NCBI GenBank assembly: GCA_051362555.1
Contig: CM120641.1
Coordinates: forward strand, 9,114,001 to 9,178,000
From: Lingula anatina
Lineage: Eukaryota > Animalia > Brachiopoda
Length of the DNA: 64,000 nt
Direction of reading: 5' to 3'
The first letter of the stretch is position 1, and each line of letters starts with the position of its first letter. A program made the position numbers and the translations under genes. A model generated the notes under the pieces. That model was not told where the DNA came from and made no database searches. It saw nothing but the letters and a program-made list of their open reading frames with translations. Shown here one piece after another: positions 22,881-35,641 of this stretch.

Positions 22881-25200
22881 AACTAGAGGATCAGAGAGGC
22901 GATGCCGCCTCCGAATATTGTACCACCAGCTGGAGCAAGCGCATTTGTATAGACCCCCACATACACAAAATAAGGGACACAGCCACCAGTCTTTTGCTTG
23001 ACAAGCTGTAAAAATGCAATCAAGAATTTTCAAAATATGCAAAAAAAAATATATAACTTAAAATGGTACAATCAAAGTTAAGTTCATCAAAAGGTAGGTC
23101 AAAGGTCAATTTCACAGTAAGATTGCCAGTATATGACTTCCTATTCAAGTTCAATAGTAACAATGGACCTATCTCTGCCAGGTTAGGAGTTAAAAGAGAA
23201 AGAAATTAGCAGAGTTCAGTTCATGGTGAAAAGTAGGTCAAAGGTCAATTTTAAGCTCACATTTAGATTGCTAGTATATGACTTCCTATTCAACTTCAAT
23301 AGTAACTTTGGACCTATCTCTGCCAGTTTGGGAGATAAAAGGGAAGCAAAATTTGCAAAGTTCAGTTCATGGTGAAAAGTAGGTCAAAGGACAATTTCAA
23401 GGTCACGTTAAGATTGCCAGTTTATGACTTCCTATTAAAGTTCAATAGTACCTATGGACCTATCTCTGCCAGTTTTGGAGATAAAAGGGAAGCAAAATTT
23501 GCAAAGATCAGTTCATGGTGAAAAGTAGGTCAAAGGTCAATTTCAAGGTCACATTTAGATTGCCAGTGTATGACTTCCTATCAACGTTCAATAGTAACTA
23601 TGGACCTATCTCTGCCAGATTTGGAGATAAAAGGGCAGCAAAATTTGCAAAGTTCAGTTCATGGTGAAAAGTAGGTCAAAGGTCAATTTCAAGGTCACAT
23701 TTGGATTGCCAGTATATGACTTCCCATTCAAGTTCAATAGTAACTATGGACCTATCTCTGCCAGTTTTGGAGATAAAAGGGACGCAAAATTTACAAAGTT
23801 CAGTTCATGGTGAAAAGTAGGTCAAAGGTCAATTTTAAGCTCACATGTAGATTGCCAGTATATGACTTCCTATTCAAGTTCAATAGTAGCTATGGACCTA
23901 TCTCTGCCAGTTTTGGAGATAAAAGGGAAACAAAATTTGCAAAGTTCAGTTCATGGTGAAAAGTAGGTCAAAGGTCAATTTTAAGGTCACATTCAGATTG
24001 CCAGTATATGACTTCCTATTCAAGTTCAATAGTAACTATGGACCTATCTCTGCCAGTTTTGGAGATAAAAGGGACGCAAAATTTACAAAGTTCAGTTCAT
24101 GGTGAAAAGTAGGCCAAAGGTCAATTTTAAGGTCACATTTAGATTGCCAGTATATGACTTCCTTTTCAACTTCAATAGTAACTATGGACCTATCTCTGCC
24201 AGTTTTGGAGATATAAGGGACTAAATGGTATAATTTTGGAGTTACCATAGTGTGCCATAAATTTCCTACAGAAAAAAATTAATTAAGATAAAGAAAAGGT
24301 CATTTTGGTCAAAATTCTTGAAATGGGAGGTGCTTTGAAGTTCCAGATGTTCAAATTTGATGAAATAATGTCATTTTTGACCACAAGTTGTCTGCTTTGC
24401 CAAGCCCGCACATTTTGCTTTCACCACCAGTATATGACTTTTTGATAAAGCGTAACTCGAAAACCGTATGGAATACAAAAAAACGGAGACCACCTCCAGT
24501 GTTGGGCTTTACATGCTCTACAAAATGCAAAAAAGAATGGGTGTCTAGCATTAACGGTTCCCGAATTAGAGACAATTTTCAGTTTTGATATCTTATGGCC
24601 GCTACTCCCGTGAAAATGCACCGATTGACCCCAAATTCACGGAGATGAAAGATGACCCGAAGGGTAACACTTTCCATTAATATTATTAGTTAAGTCTGTG
24701 TGGTGTCTGAATAAGAGCGCAAAAAAATTTTTATTCGGCAAAAATTTTGTTTTTTTGAAAATTTTGGCCCGTTTGACCTTGAAATAAAGGTCAAAGGTCA
24801 AATCCAAGGGCATATTTGAAATCTACACATATGACTTTTGGAAAGCTGTCTGTAGAAATTTTTCCCATAATTCCTTCCGTAGGGGAGATAATTAGCATTT
24901 AATTTTGCCATTTTTGGACAAGGGTGCATTGCAATGAGTGCCACACCTAGACCCCAATACCGACAAAGCCCAAATTTTACGTGGAACGAGTTGAGATTAT
25001 AGGTGACCTAAATCCAAGAGATGGGTTTGGAGGCCCTTACCGTCTAGGAGGAGAAGCGGTAACGGTGACTTGGCGGCGGAGCCGCAGGAGCCGGCGGAGC
25101 TGCAGGAGCCGGCGGAGCCGCAGGAGCCGGCGGAGCCGGCGGAACATACGGGTCGGGACTAAAACCATGAGTACCGCCAGCGCCTACGCTGGTGGTACAA
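22881..25200 (-). mobile_element. Helentron-associated non-autonomous element (HINE/DINE-1-like), copy 1, with 8 x 146 bp internal tandem repeats
   Basis: Sub-terminal inverted repeat GTACCACCAGC/GCTGGTGGTAC; terminal hairpins GAGGCG..CGCCTC and GTACCGCCAGCG..CGCTGGTGGTAC; core repeats 23076-24220; GCGGAGCCG 9-mer array 25074-25143. A second copy lies at 32834-35199. Confidence 0.85.
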
Positions 25201-25370
25201 TTAAATTTTACCAAGCAAAGTCAAGTTTTATAGTGATTTTTGTTTGTCCAAATTAACAAGTGGATGTTCAACTTATTGACAATACTTTGTGTGAAAACTA
25301 ACTTTGCAGTTATTCAGTTTGTATTGCATACTCCTGGCACTGAAACATATTGTTCATTATTTGACTGCCT

Positions 25371-28300
25371 CTAAGGATTGACTGTGCTGTCTGCTCCAGC
25401 AAAATATGCATCTGTGTGTTTGTTATGGTGAACAATTTCCCATTTTTTCATCCATGGTCCGGAAAGTGTTGAATCAAACTCATCAACATCCTATGCACAA
25501 ATATAAATACATCTTTAATAAAGACTATTAAAATGAATATGTGGAACTGGAAAAATATGTTGAAAGAAAAAAATGTGTATATTTAAAAGTGTAAAAAAAA
25601 AAAAAAAGACATGCATCAGTTTTAATCACACTTCTGAAAATGTGTTATAAGACTATTCCTAGATAATGGTTTCATAATTTTCAATAAAATAATAAAGGAA
25701 ACTTTAAACAATAAGTTCCTTCGGAAGGAGCTGTCATAAAATAATAAAATTTGGCAGTGGGTATACCTTTCCAAGTATTTTCTCCTGTGATGCAGTCCTG
25801 TCTACCTTGGTAAAAGCGTCCCAGTCAACTTTTAGGTTTGGGTCTTTAGAAGAACGTAAAAGAACCCCTTCTTTGAGTCCCCACAATCCAACTGGGTCTG
25901 TCGGTTTAGACCATCGCAAGTCCAGGCTCCATCGAATGACATTTGAGTAGTTGCTCAAGCTGAAAAACAGCATAACATACATAAAACATCCTGGAAGTTA
26001 AAACATAATGAAGGTTATCAATACTGAAAACCAAATTAATTAAGCTATACCTTATTTAAATATAGACAGGTATATTTAGAAACAACATATTAATTCAATC
26101 ACATCATCTAATGTTTGACAGACACAAAATGAATAATGATACAAAAAGGTGCACTATTTTTGTGTGTCACCTAAAGCTATTTTTTGTAAACTGAAACATG
26201 GAAAATATGGAACTTTTAAATCAAGATATGTTTCTCAAAATGTTTGGGCGTTTCCAAAATTTCTTCTCTGGTTGCATTTGGCATTTTCAGAATTTTTGGT
26301 TGGAACTAACCACTTTTATTATTGGGAAATGGTTCACTGTAGAAAAATTATTCCTTGGAAATGTTTGGGTCAACCATCCTAACAATACACAGCCTGTATA
26401 TGACTCCGTTCACATGAAAAATCTATTTTCTAAAAATCTATTTTCTATTCGCGGTATCTTGTGATCACTCCGAGCGCAGCCGAGAATCAATTACAGCTTT
26501 GGAAGTAACTGGCTCACGCTGCCAGTAATTACGCCGCAGGGTAGTCGGGGCACAGACCATGATCACAAGATACTGCGAATAGAAAATAGATTTTTCATGT
26601 GAACGAAGCCTTTGTTTAAACCAACCTTCTGTGAGGTAAAAGATTATTAAAGAAGAGGAAGCCTCCATAAGGAATAGGACAGGTCATGATGTCTTCTTCC
26701 ATATTGGCTCCTGGGAATAAAAGAGACCCTTTTAGTCATTTCCTGTTACATTAATTTTTTCTCTATCACTCTGTAACTGATGAGGGCAATTCTACTCTCA
26801 TATTTTAGTACATGTTAAAAGATATGCTTACACACAACATATTTAATCTACACAGCCTTCCTTACATATGAATTATAAAAACAAATCTTGCACTTGCTTT
26901 TTTATCCACAATATACTTACCAAGGGTTTTTACCATCTCTTCTTCTTCCAGCATCACATACCAGGTTGGTCCAGCACAGCAGGTGTGGGTGGCTAAACGA
27001 CCAGACCTGTGGGCTTTCTTAACCAACTGAATTCAAGGGGATACAAGTTATAAAACTAAGGCATACATTTTAAAAACAGTGGTGTATCTCTCAAACACCC
27101 CTTTTGTGAGGTAAAATCATGTAGGTGTAAAAACAAAGGTGAAAGGGTCAAAATGAAAAAAAAAAAAAAGTCCACAGTAAAATTAACACATTGTCTCTCT
27201 ACATTTCTAGCTTTAATTTCTTAGCTGGAAGTGTCTTTGGTCACGTAAACCGCATAATAAGCCCCATCACTGTAGAAAATATTTTGCAATGTACAATACT
27301 TCCAAGATAACCAAAAGACTTGCCAATAAGGTAATATCAAGCAACATTTCATGAGATTTGGGGGAGAGTGGGTTCTTTAAATAGTGAAGATATATGTACC
27401 TGTAGACATCCATTGTTTTCATTGGCATCCAGCAGTGGTATCCAGGCTGTTGGAATCATAATCTTATGGGCATCATTGTCCATATATGCTGCATCTAGAA
27501 AATAGCAAAACTATAAATAAAAAACATTTACCCACAATATTTATTGGACAGTATTAAAAACTTAATATCGAGAGCTATGCAAACATGGAAAATGTGTCCA
27601 CTTTATCGTCAAGATATCAGGATAATTTGAGAGGTTCATGTGATTTTGCGATAATATTTTATGATCGTAATAAAATCAATCCTAATACTACTCCTCTATT
27701 TAAAATAAAAAATATAGACATTTGCCAAGCCAAAAGATTATTTCCATGTAAAAATGATACCTTGGTGCCAGGGAACCACAGTCTGTTCATTTTTGGGTGT
27801 TTTGGTGCGCAGATTCCATACAGGGTGCCCCATGATGTCAGGTCCAATAATTTGTTCCACAACATTCAACAGTCTCTCATTAGACAGCAAGTTCTTGAAA
27901 GCCTTGAGAAACAAGGGAGAATTATTATTTTGGATATTAAGTAAATGATCACCTTCTATTTTCAGAGGTATATGTTTGGAAAACTTTAGTTCTTTAATTG
28001 AAGGGATAATAACTCTTCGTATGAGATCTATATTTCACAATAAAAACATTGTGAATAACTCATAGAAATATAATATATTCTGTTTTACCACAAAAACGGC
28101 AGTTATAGCTATTTTTTCTGATATCTGAGCTTGTCTTTAGACCACGTGACCTCCATTGATGGCTATACTCTGTTAATATCTCTTAAGAGATTTTAACAAA
28201 AAACCAACCTTTTTAGAAAAAAACCAGGGACTAACTTTGAATGTAAAAATGGATTCATTAACCATTGGTAAGTATGGGAAAATTGTTGTTTACTCCAGGA

Positions 28301-29936
28301 AAATTCATTTTTTGGCCAAAACGAAAAGTTATTATCCCTTTAACTTTCAATGAATAAGAAAATTGAATTCCCTGCTCTTCAATATATATGTATGGGATTG
28401 TACATATAATGAGATTGAAAAACTCTTGTCATATTCATAAAGATGTACATTTAAAAAATATATAGCCCAATCATAAGATAATATTAATGATCCATTAGAA
28501 TAAATGTCAAAATTACCATTGGCATTTTCCCAGATTTATGTAGCACTACACTGGCCCCAGGAAAGTCTTTTTCTATCTTTGTTAATCTTTCAAAGAAACC
28601 ACTGTCTTTGTATAACTCTGAAATAAACCCCTAGTGTTGGTGTCATATGCCATGGCCAGTCCAGGTTCGTATACCATGTTGCTGTCGTGTGGAAAATTAT
28701 TCAAGCAACTGTTTAATTAGTGTATTAATTGAATTAATAGTGTGAATAAATAGACTATGTTTTGATATTAAGTTTTTTAGAAAGCAAGACAATTTTCTTT
28801 AAAAATGCCAGAACACTTTATTCATCAAATAATTCACTTGTGGAACTATTCCCTCACTTCTTATTTTCCCAGCATCATACAGTCTCTGGGCAAATTCATC
28901 TACCAGACTGTTTACACCCTCTCTCACAGGGTCTAGTTCCTCTGGGCTGAAGAAGTCTTCCACTATTACATAACCCTGGAACATATGCAGATGTTATATC
29001 ATAAATCAATGTACAGACTGAGTATATGAAAAGTTTATAAAACTCTGTATGGGTAAGTAGATCTTAAAATATAAATTACAATGGATACACTTGCATTATA
29101 CATGAAACAGTAAGTCTACTAAATATATATACTCAGTAACCAACATCAGACAGGTGCAGTAAAAAAAAAAAAAAAGCACTCAGAGAGCGCAGACCTCTGC
29201 CAAGACAGCAAAGTCTCCACCCAATGCCGTTTCACCCCTAAGTTTTCATTCTATAATGATTTAGTTTTTTTATTTTCGATTTTTGATTGATAATGATCCT
29301 GATGACCACCAAAAACTAATCATCTGTTCCTTGGCCCACTTCTGACAGTTTCTGAAAATTTCATCAAAATCGGTCCATAACTTTTTCTGAAATGTTGCTA
29401 ACAGACGGACAGAGAGACAGACAGACAAACTAACGGAACCAAAAACATAACCTCCTTGGTGGAGGTAATAAAAAAAAGTAATAATAACTTGGAGATTTCC
29501 ATCACCTCAGCCATAATAAATTTTAATGAACTGTAGGGCACATTAGATATGATATTTTCAAATGTGTATCCACATGTGCATTACATTTACTCTAAAAAAT
29601 CATGGAAAATTTACTAAGGACTACAATACTTAAATATGGAAAATAAACATCTTTATTTTAAATAAATGTGCTAAATACACATAATTAGTTGATATATATT
29701 GTTTAAACTAGAGCAAAGATTTTACTTAAAAAAGTTATAACAATATGATGACATACAATAGAAGAGTAGTGAAGATTTATAAAAGCATAAGTGAAGGTTT
29801 TATGTACCTCTTCAAAGAACTGCTTGATTTGCTTGTCACTCAGTTGTCCAGGTTTCTTCTCCTTGACTGGGGGTGGTATGGTGCAAAACAGTTCTGGATA
29901 AGCCTCTGAGATGTTTGCTGGTGCAATGTTGGACAT
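25371..29936 (-). CDS. Phytanoyl-CoA dioxygenase (PhyH) family 2OG-Fe(II) dioxygenase, paralog A
   Basis: Exons 29936-29808, 28975-28858, 28617-28517, 27902-27761, 27494-27400, 27026-26921, 26710-26626, 25959-25767 and 25490-25371 splice in frame. Motifs QFFEEGY, PWHQD (HxD), AWIPLLDANENNGCL and PHRS..N.S..IRWS.D.R. Confidence 0.93.
26406..26608. mobile_element. Palindromic MITE in an intron
   Basis: cgttcacatgaaaaatctattttct..attcgcggtatcttgtgatca is mirrored by tgatcacaagatactgcgaatagaaaatagatttttcatgtgaacg. Confidence 0.8.
27269..27372. repeat. Dispersed ~105 bp repeat, also present at about 30223-30335
   Basis: cactgtag..aatattttgcaatgtacaatacttccaagata.ccaaaa..cttgccaata is shared by both sites. 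Confidence 0.75.
28002..28339. mobile_element. Kolobok-like MITE
   Basis: TTGA|AGGGATAATAACTCTTCGT ... ACGAAAAGTTATTATCCCT|TTAA. Confidence 0.65.
29176..29469 (-). mobile_element. Short HINE/mermaid-like Helentron-derived element
   Basis: gcactcagagagcgcagacctctgccaag ... (acag)n microsatellite ... aaaacataacctccttggtggaggtaat terminal hairpin. Confidence 0.75.
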
Positions 29937-30431
29937 ATTGGCTGCGGTCTGTATATTATAACCAGCTGTTACTGCTGGATAAAAAAAAGATCAAACTCAG
30001 AACATCAGTACTTTACTAACTAATTAATTGTAACATTTTTCCTCCCAAAACACTCAAATACACAATGCATACACAATTAAGTGATTGCACGTACTATTAG
30101 GACCAATGCTAAACCTCTTAGTTGTTCAATGTAAATGACTTTCATTTCCATTTTTGTCCTTCAAAGACTTGAATTTACATGTATAAGCTTCCTCACCTCA
30201 AACCATCTCTAAAAGCCTCCTACACTGTAGGGAATATTTTGCAATGTACAATACTTCCAAGATAGCCAAAACTCTTGCCAATAGGCTTAATTTCAAACAT
30301 CAAGCTATATTTCATGGGATTTGGAGGGGGTGGGGTCAGAAATAAATTATGACAAACTAAAGCTAGCGAGTGCAGCATGACAACAAATTAAATACGACAG
30401 AAAATATACTTTTACACATATATTTTTCTGG

Positions 30432-30740
30432 GTGTTTTTACTTAATTTTAGCTGAATTACTGTCTTGACAATAGTATGAATTCCTCATGGCTTGTGTATC
30501 ACTTTTGTATTGCTTTTCAAGACATCATGTACAAGCCATCACTCTAAAAATACCATGCTTGTGCTATCAAAGCAAGATATTTCCAAGTGTTTTCACTTAA
30601 TTTTGGCTGAATTACAGTCTATTGCACAACAGTATGAATTAGTCATGGTTTGTGTATAACTTTTGCATTGCTTTTAAACCCTTTACATACAAACCAGCAC
30701 TCTAAAAATATCATGCTCATGTTATCTAAACAAGCAGGTA
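30432..30740. repeat. Diverged tandem duplication, 2 x ~155 bp
   Basis: gtgtttt.acttaatttt.gctgaattac ... cactctaaaaata.catgct occurs twice. Confidence 0.75.
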
Positions 30741-31250
30741 CTTTGAGAGATTCTTAAAAAAAATAGAATTGTTTTGGTATATTTCTTGTGGTATACCGAC
30801 GATATCTTGTGGAATTACTCACAATAGATTTCTTGCCTATGACCTTGGTTTCTCTCTTCACCTAGTTACCCCAGACAGTTAAAGTGCAAGCTTGCGCTAA
30901 AAAGATGACCTACATACTACACCAGCTGCAAGAAATATCCAGGCCTCATGAAATCCTGTCAGTGTTACATTCCTTGTATCTTATTTACTCTAGAGATTAC
31001 ATTCAATTATCAACTTCAGCTGAGGTCAAGATGTTTTGCAGACAACAGAGTATGCGACCCCAACTTTCCTTGAGCAAAATATACTGAAACAAAACATAAA
31101 CCCATGAATCCAAACTACTGAATGAAAATATACTAACTTACATGAAGTGTACTCAAATTTATGTATTATTTGTGTATTGATTAGTTTGTTTTGCTCAAAT
31201 CAACTGGTAAACTTTCATTTGGCCTCCCAGTGAGTATACACTCTTCTTTA

Positions 31251-31473
31251 GGGGAAAACGGGGCTTGTTAGACTCCGGGGTAAGTTGCCTCCCCCCCCCC
31301 CCCCCCCCATCAAGTCTCTTTAATAAAGTTACTTAAAGATGCTAAATTATTTCATTGGGACTCACTGCAGACGCTTTCTTTGCACTATTGGATACGGTCA
31401 CGTTATCAATTCTTATACCCCATAGTTACTTTGTCATAAATTGATGGGGGCCCAACTTACCCCCGGTCTCCCC
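31251..31473. mobile_element. TA-flanked MITE
   Basis: TA|GGGGA..CCGGGGTAAGTTG ... CAACTTACCCCCGGTCTCCCC|TA. Confidence 0.65.
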
Positions 31474-32045
31474 TAGTACATTTCCACCAAGTTGGGTAGT
31501 GGACGGACTTGTGACCCCCCCCGCTGTGCTCTTGATGAAATTGCTCTGGAATTGATTTAAAATTGACTGTAACACCCATAAACTAATGTTTAATTATAAG
31601 GAATATATACTGTTATTGACATTATACTTTTTTTCCTCTGGCATTTATATTTTAGTTCAGTATAAATGCACTTTGTATAAAGATTCCTTATTTAAATGGG
31701 TTTATCCAAGAAAACCTTAAGTCTTGAGATTGTATAAATCAAAGCAAAATTTCACAGGATTTGGAGAAGCATGCAGTCGGAAACAATATCATATATGTAT
31801 ACAACAACAGAAAAAACTTAAGAGTACAGGTTTTTAACTAAAAAATGGAATTTTTTTGCACAATAATAGACAAAATATTAAACCATAAAAAAGGGCCCAG
31901 TGATATTAGCCTGCAGAACATTCAAACAAAATTTGAAAAATCATAGGAGTCCATACTTTGCCAATATATAAATGGGCAAATAAAAACATGCAAATACATC
32001 ATCAATCTAGTAACCTTGCTTTTTCTATAGTCCATTTGCTTCATT

Positions 32046-32212
32046 CAGGGGCGGATTTAGGCCGTCTTCTGGGTCTTCCGGAAGACGGTCAGATTTTCAA
32101 GTTTACATTGACGGGTATCTAATGTTTTCTGTCGGAAGACGGTCAAAATAGAGGATAGATAAACAAAGATAATTTGGAAGACTGTCAGAAAATATCTCTG
32201 GATCCGCCCCTG
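32046..32212. mobile_element. CAGGGGCGGAT-type MITE; second copy, inverted, at 58848-59005
   Basis: TIR CAGGGGCGGAT/ATCCGCCCCTG; internal sequence homologous to 58848-59005; flanking TCATT direct repeat. Confidence 0.85.
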
Positions 32213-32833
32213 TCATTCATTATAAGAAAGTGACAAAAAGGAGTTTCCTATGTATGAGGAGATATAAAGCGATCATCTTTCCATGCAAAGCTGTTTGAAT
32301 ATCAACAGATTGTTTAATAAAATGTTCCATTCATTTATTGCAGCATTCTTCTTTGTTCAATTAAATTACAGAATTTTAGAATTTGATATGATCACAAAGA
32401 AAATGGTTAAAAGATACATATCATAATTATGACAAAATAAAGACTTGCATATCAGAGTACATTATAAAAGTTTTATAAAAGTAATCATGAATATATCATA
32501 AAAATGTTGAATTTACCCTGATGCATGACACAGAAAAGACTCAAATGTAACTTTGTAAGATAGAGATACTGGATTTTTTAGTTGTGCCTTCAAACAAGTG
32601 AGAAATCAGGCATAAGAAATTAATGTTTTAAAAACTTTTCATGTTTGTGCATATCATACGAGTACTTCCTTGAGTATGATAGAAAATATAATTGTAAAAA
32701 AAGGGCAGCACGTAAGTTTAAAAATCTAAAGTTCTTGCTTTAAGAAAAATGTAAAATTAAATCTTAAAACATACATATTTAGAACACATTTTATGAATCA
32801 ACTTCTTCTGGAATGCAGTATCTGTAGTTATAT

Positions 32834-35199
32834 AACTAGAGGATCAGAGAGGCGATACCGCCTCCGGATATTGTACCACCAGCTGGAGTAAGCGCATTCG
32901 TATGGACCCCCCCCCCCCTCCTAAAAGGGACACCATCACCAGTCTGGTGTTTGACAAGCTCTATAAGATGCAATCAACAAGAGTTCTCAAAATATGCAAA
33001 AAAATATGACTAAAAATGATACAATCAAGCAGATTTTTGAATTGACTTGCATTTTCATACCCTTGATCACTCCTGTATTCTCTAGACAAAAGGCCTATTG
33101 GTTTTCCTTGAAATACGTTGTCAATGGTGCATATATGCTGACAAAAGATAAAACCTAGGGGAAACAATGGGGACATCTCTGCTAGATTTAAAGATATGAG
33201 AGGCAAGAAAATATGCAAAGCTCAGTTCATGGTGAAAAAGTAGGTCAAAGGTCAATTTCAATATCATAGTATATGAATTTCTATTCAAGTTCAATAGCAA
33301 CCATGGGCATTTCTTTGCCAATTTTGCAGATTTAAAGGCCAGAAAACATGCAAAAAGCAGTTCATCATAAAAAGTAGGTCAAAGGTCAATTTCAAGGTCA
33401 CAGATTGCTAGTGTACTTCCTATTCAAGTTCAATAGTAACTATGGACCTATCTCTGTCAGTTTTGAAGATAAAGGTGAACGAAAATTTGCTAAGTTCAGT
33501 TCATAGTAAAAAGACGGTCAAAGGTCAATTTTAAGGTCACAGTAAATTGCCAGTATATGACTTCCTATTTAAGTTCAATAGTAACTATGGACCTATCTCT
33601 GCCAGTTTTGGAGATAAAAGGGAAGCAAAATTTGCAAAGTTCAATTCATGATGAAAAGTAGGTCAAAGGTTAATTTCAAGGTCCCACTTAGATTGCCAGT
33701 ATATGACTTCCTATTCAAGTTCAATGGTAACTATGGACCTATCTCTGCCAGTTTTGGAGATAAAAGGGAACAAATATTTTCAAAGTTCAGTTCATGGTGA
33801 AAAGTAGGTTAAAGGTCAATTTTAAGGTCAAAATAAATTGCCTCTAATGACTTTCTATTCAAATTCAATAGTAACTATGGGCGTATCTTTGCCAGTTTTG
33901 GAGATAAAAGGGAACAAAAATTTGCAAAGTTCAGTTCATGGTAAAAAGTAGGTCAAAGGTCAAATTTAAGGTCATAGTAAATTGTCAGTATATGACTTCC
34001 TATTCAAGTTCAATAGTGACTATGGACCTATCTCTGTCAGTTTTGGGGATTAAAGGGAACGAAAATTGGCAAAGTTCAATTCATGGTGAAAAGTAGGTCA
34101 AAGGTCAATTTTAAGGTCACTGTTAAATTGCCAGTATGTGACTTCCTATTCAAGTTCAATAGTAACTATTGACCTATCTCTGCCAGTTTTGGAGATAAAA
34201 GGGAACAATAATTTGCAAAGTTCAGTTCATGGTGAAAAGTAGGTCAAAGGTCAATTTCAAGCTCACATCTAGATTGCAAGTAAATGACTTCCTATTCAAC
34301 TTAAATAATAACTATTGACCTATCTCGGCCAGTTTTGGAGATATAAGGGACTAAATGTTACAATTCTGAGTTACAATAATGTGCCACCACAAAGTACTTT
34401 TTAATACAGCATAACACGAAATCCGTTTGGAATACAAAAAAACGGAGACCACCTCCAGTGTTGGGCTTTACATGCTCTACAAAATGCAAAAAAGAATGGG
34501 TCTCTAGCATTAACGGTTCCCGAATTAGAGACAGTTTTCAGTTTTGGCATCTTATGGCCGCTACTCCCAAGAAAATGCACCGATTGACCCCAAATTCATG
34601 GAGATGAAAGATGACCTGAAGGGTAACACTTTCCAATAATATTATTGGTTAAGTCTGTGTGGTGTCTGAATAACAGGGCAAATAATATTTTTTTTCTTAA
34701 AAAATTTCATTTTTTTTTTAATTTTGGCCCGTTTGACCTTGAAATAAAGGTCAAAGGTCAAATCCAAGGGCATATTTGAAATCTACACATATGACTTTTG
34801 GAAAGCTGTCTGTAGAAAATTTTCCCATAATTCCTTCCGTAGGGTAGATAATTGGCATTGAATTTTCAAAAATTTTGACAAGGGTGCATTTCAAGGAGCG
34901 TCACGCCCAGGTCAATGCAGCGACTGAGACAAAAAAACCTGGGGGTTCAAGTTGAGGTTATATGTGACCTAAATCCAAGAGATGGGGACAGGGGTCCTTG
35001 CGGTCTAGGAGGAGAAGCGGTAACGGTGACTTGTATCCGGCGCCAGTACGCGGAGCCGGCGGAGCTTACGGAGCCGGCGGAGCCGGCGGAGCCGGCGGAG
35101 CCAACGGAGCCGGCGGAGCCAACGGAGCCGGCGGAGCCGGACGAGACGGGTCGGGACTAAAACCATGAGTACCGCCAGCGTACACGCTGGTGGTACTAA
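32834..35199 (-). mobile_element. HINE/DINE-1-like element, copy 2 (about 8 x 145 bp core repeats)
   Basis: Same termini, core repeats (about 33217-34350) and GCGGAGCCG array (35050-35140) as 22881-25200. Confidence 0.85.
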
Positions 35200-35228
35200 T
35201 TATAACAGACCAATCAACCCAATACCAA

Positions 35229-35231
<3 letters not shown>

Positions 35232-35266
<35 letters not shown>
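35232..35266. repeat. (TA)n microsatellite
   Basis: Seen directly. Confidence 0.95.
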
Positions 35267-35270
<4 letters not shown>

Positions 35271-35641
35271 CACTATTCATACTGTAGCAATTTGGTGACA
35301 CTATTGGTTTGATTTAAATTCAATTCCTTAATTATATCATTTGCAGTGTTCATTAAATTGTACAATCATTCATAGGCTTGCTTCTGTTTAATGTTGTGTA
35401 TATAAAAGTTAAACATTTCAAGAAAGTTCATCTCAAAGTTAAGCCTATTAAAATCAAAAGCAACTGCAACAATAAAAACTCATATATCATTTTGAAACAA
35501 AGTTGAAATAAAACTTTACAAGTGTCATTCAGTCATTCCTCAAAAATTTCTTAATATCAATTTGGACCCTGCTTATCACATTCCATCAAGTGGGTTAACT
35601 ACCATAACAAACACTGTAAGCCATAAGATGTTCGTCATTGT

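Noticed and set aside
23076-24220. CRISPR-like regular repeat array
   Set aside because: Units are contiguous 146 bp tandem repeats with no unique spacers, in eukaryotic DNA with no cas genes.
24981-25256. Arg/Ser-rich protamine-like ORF (and the AEP-repeat ORF at 34915-35160)
   Set aside because: Translations of the HINE 9-mer array in different frames in the two copies, so not conserved as protein.
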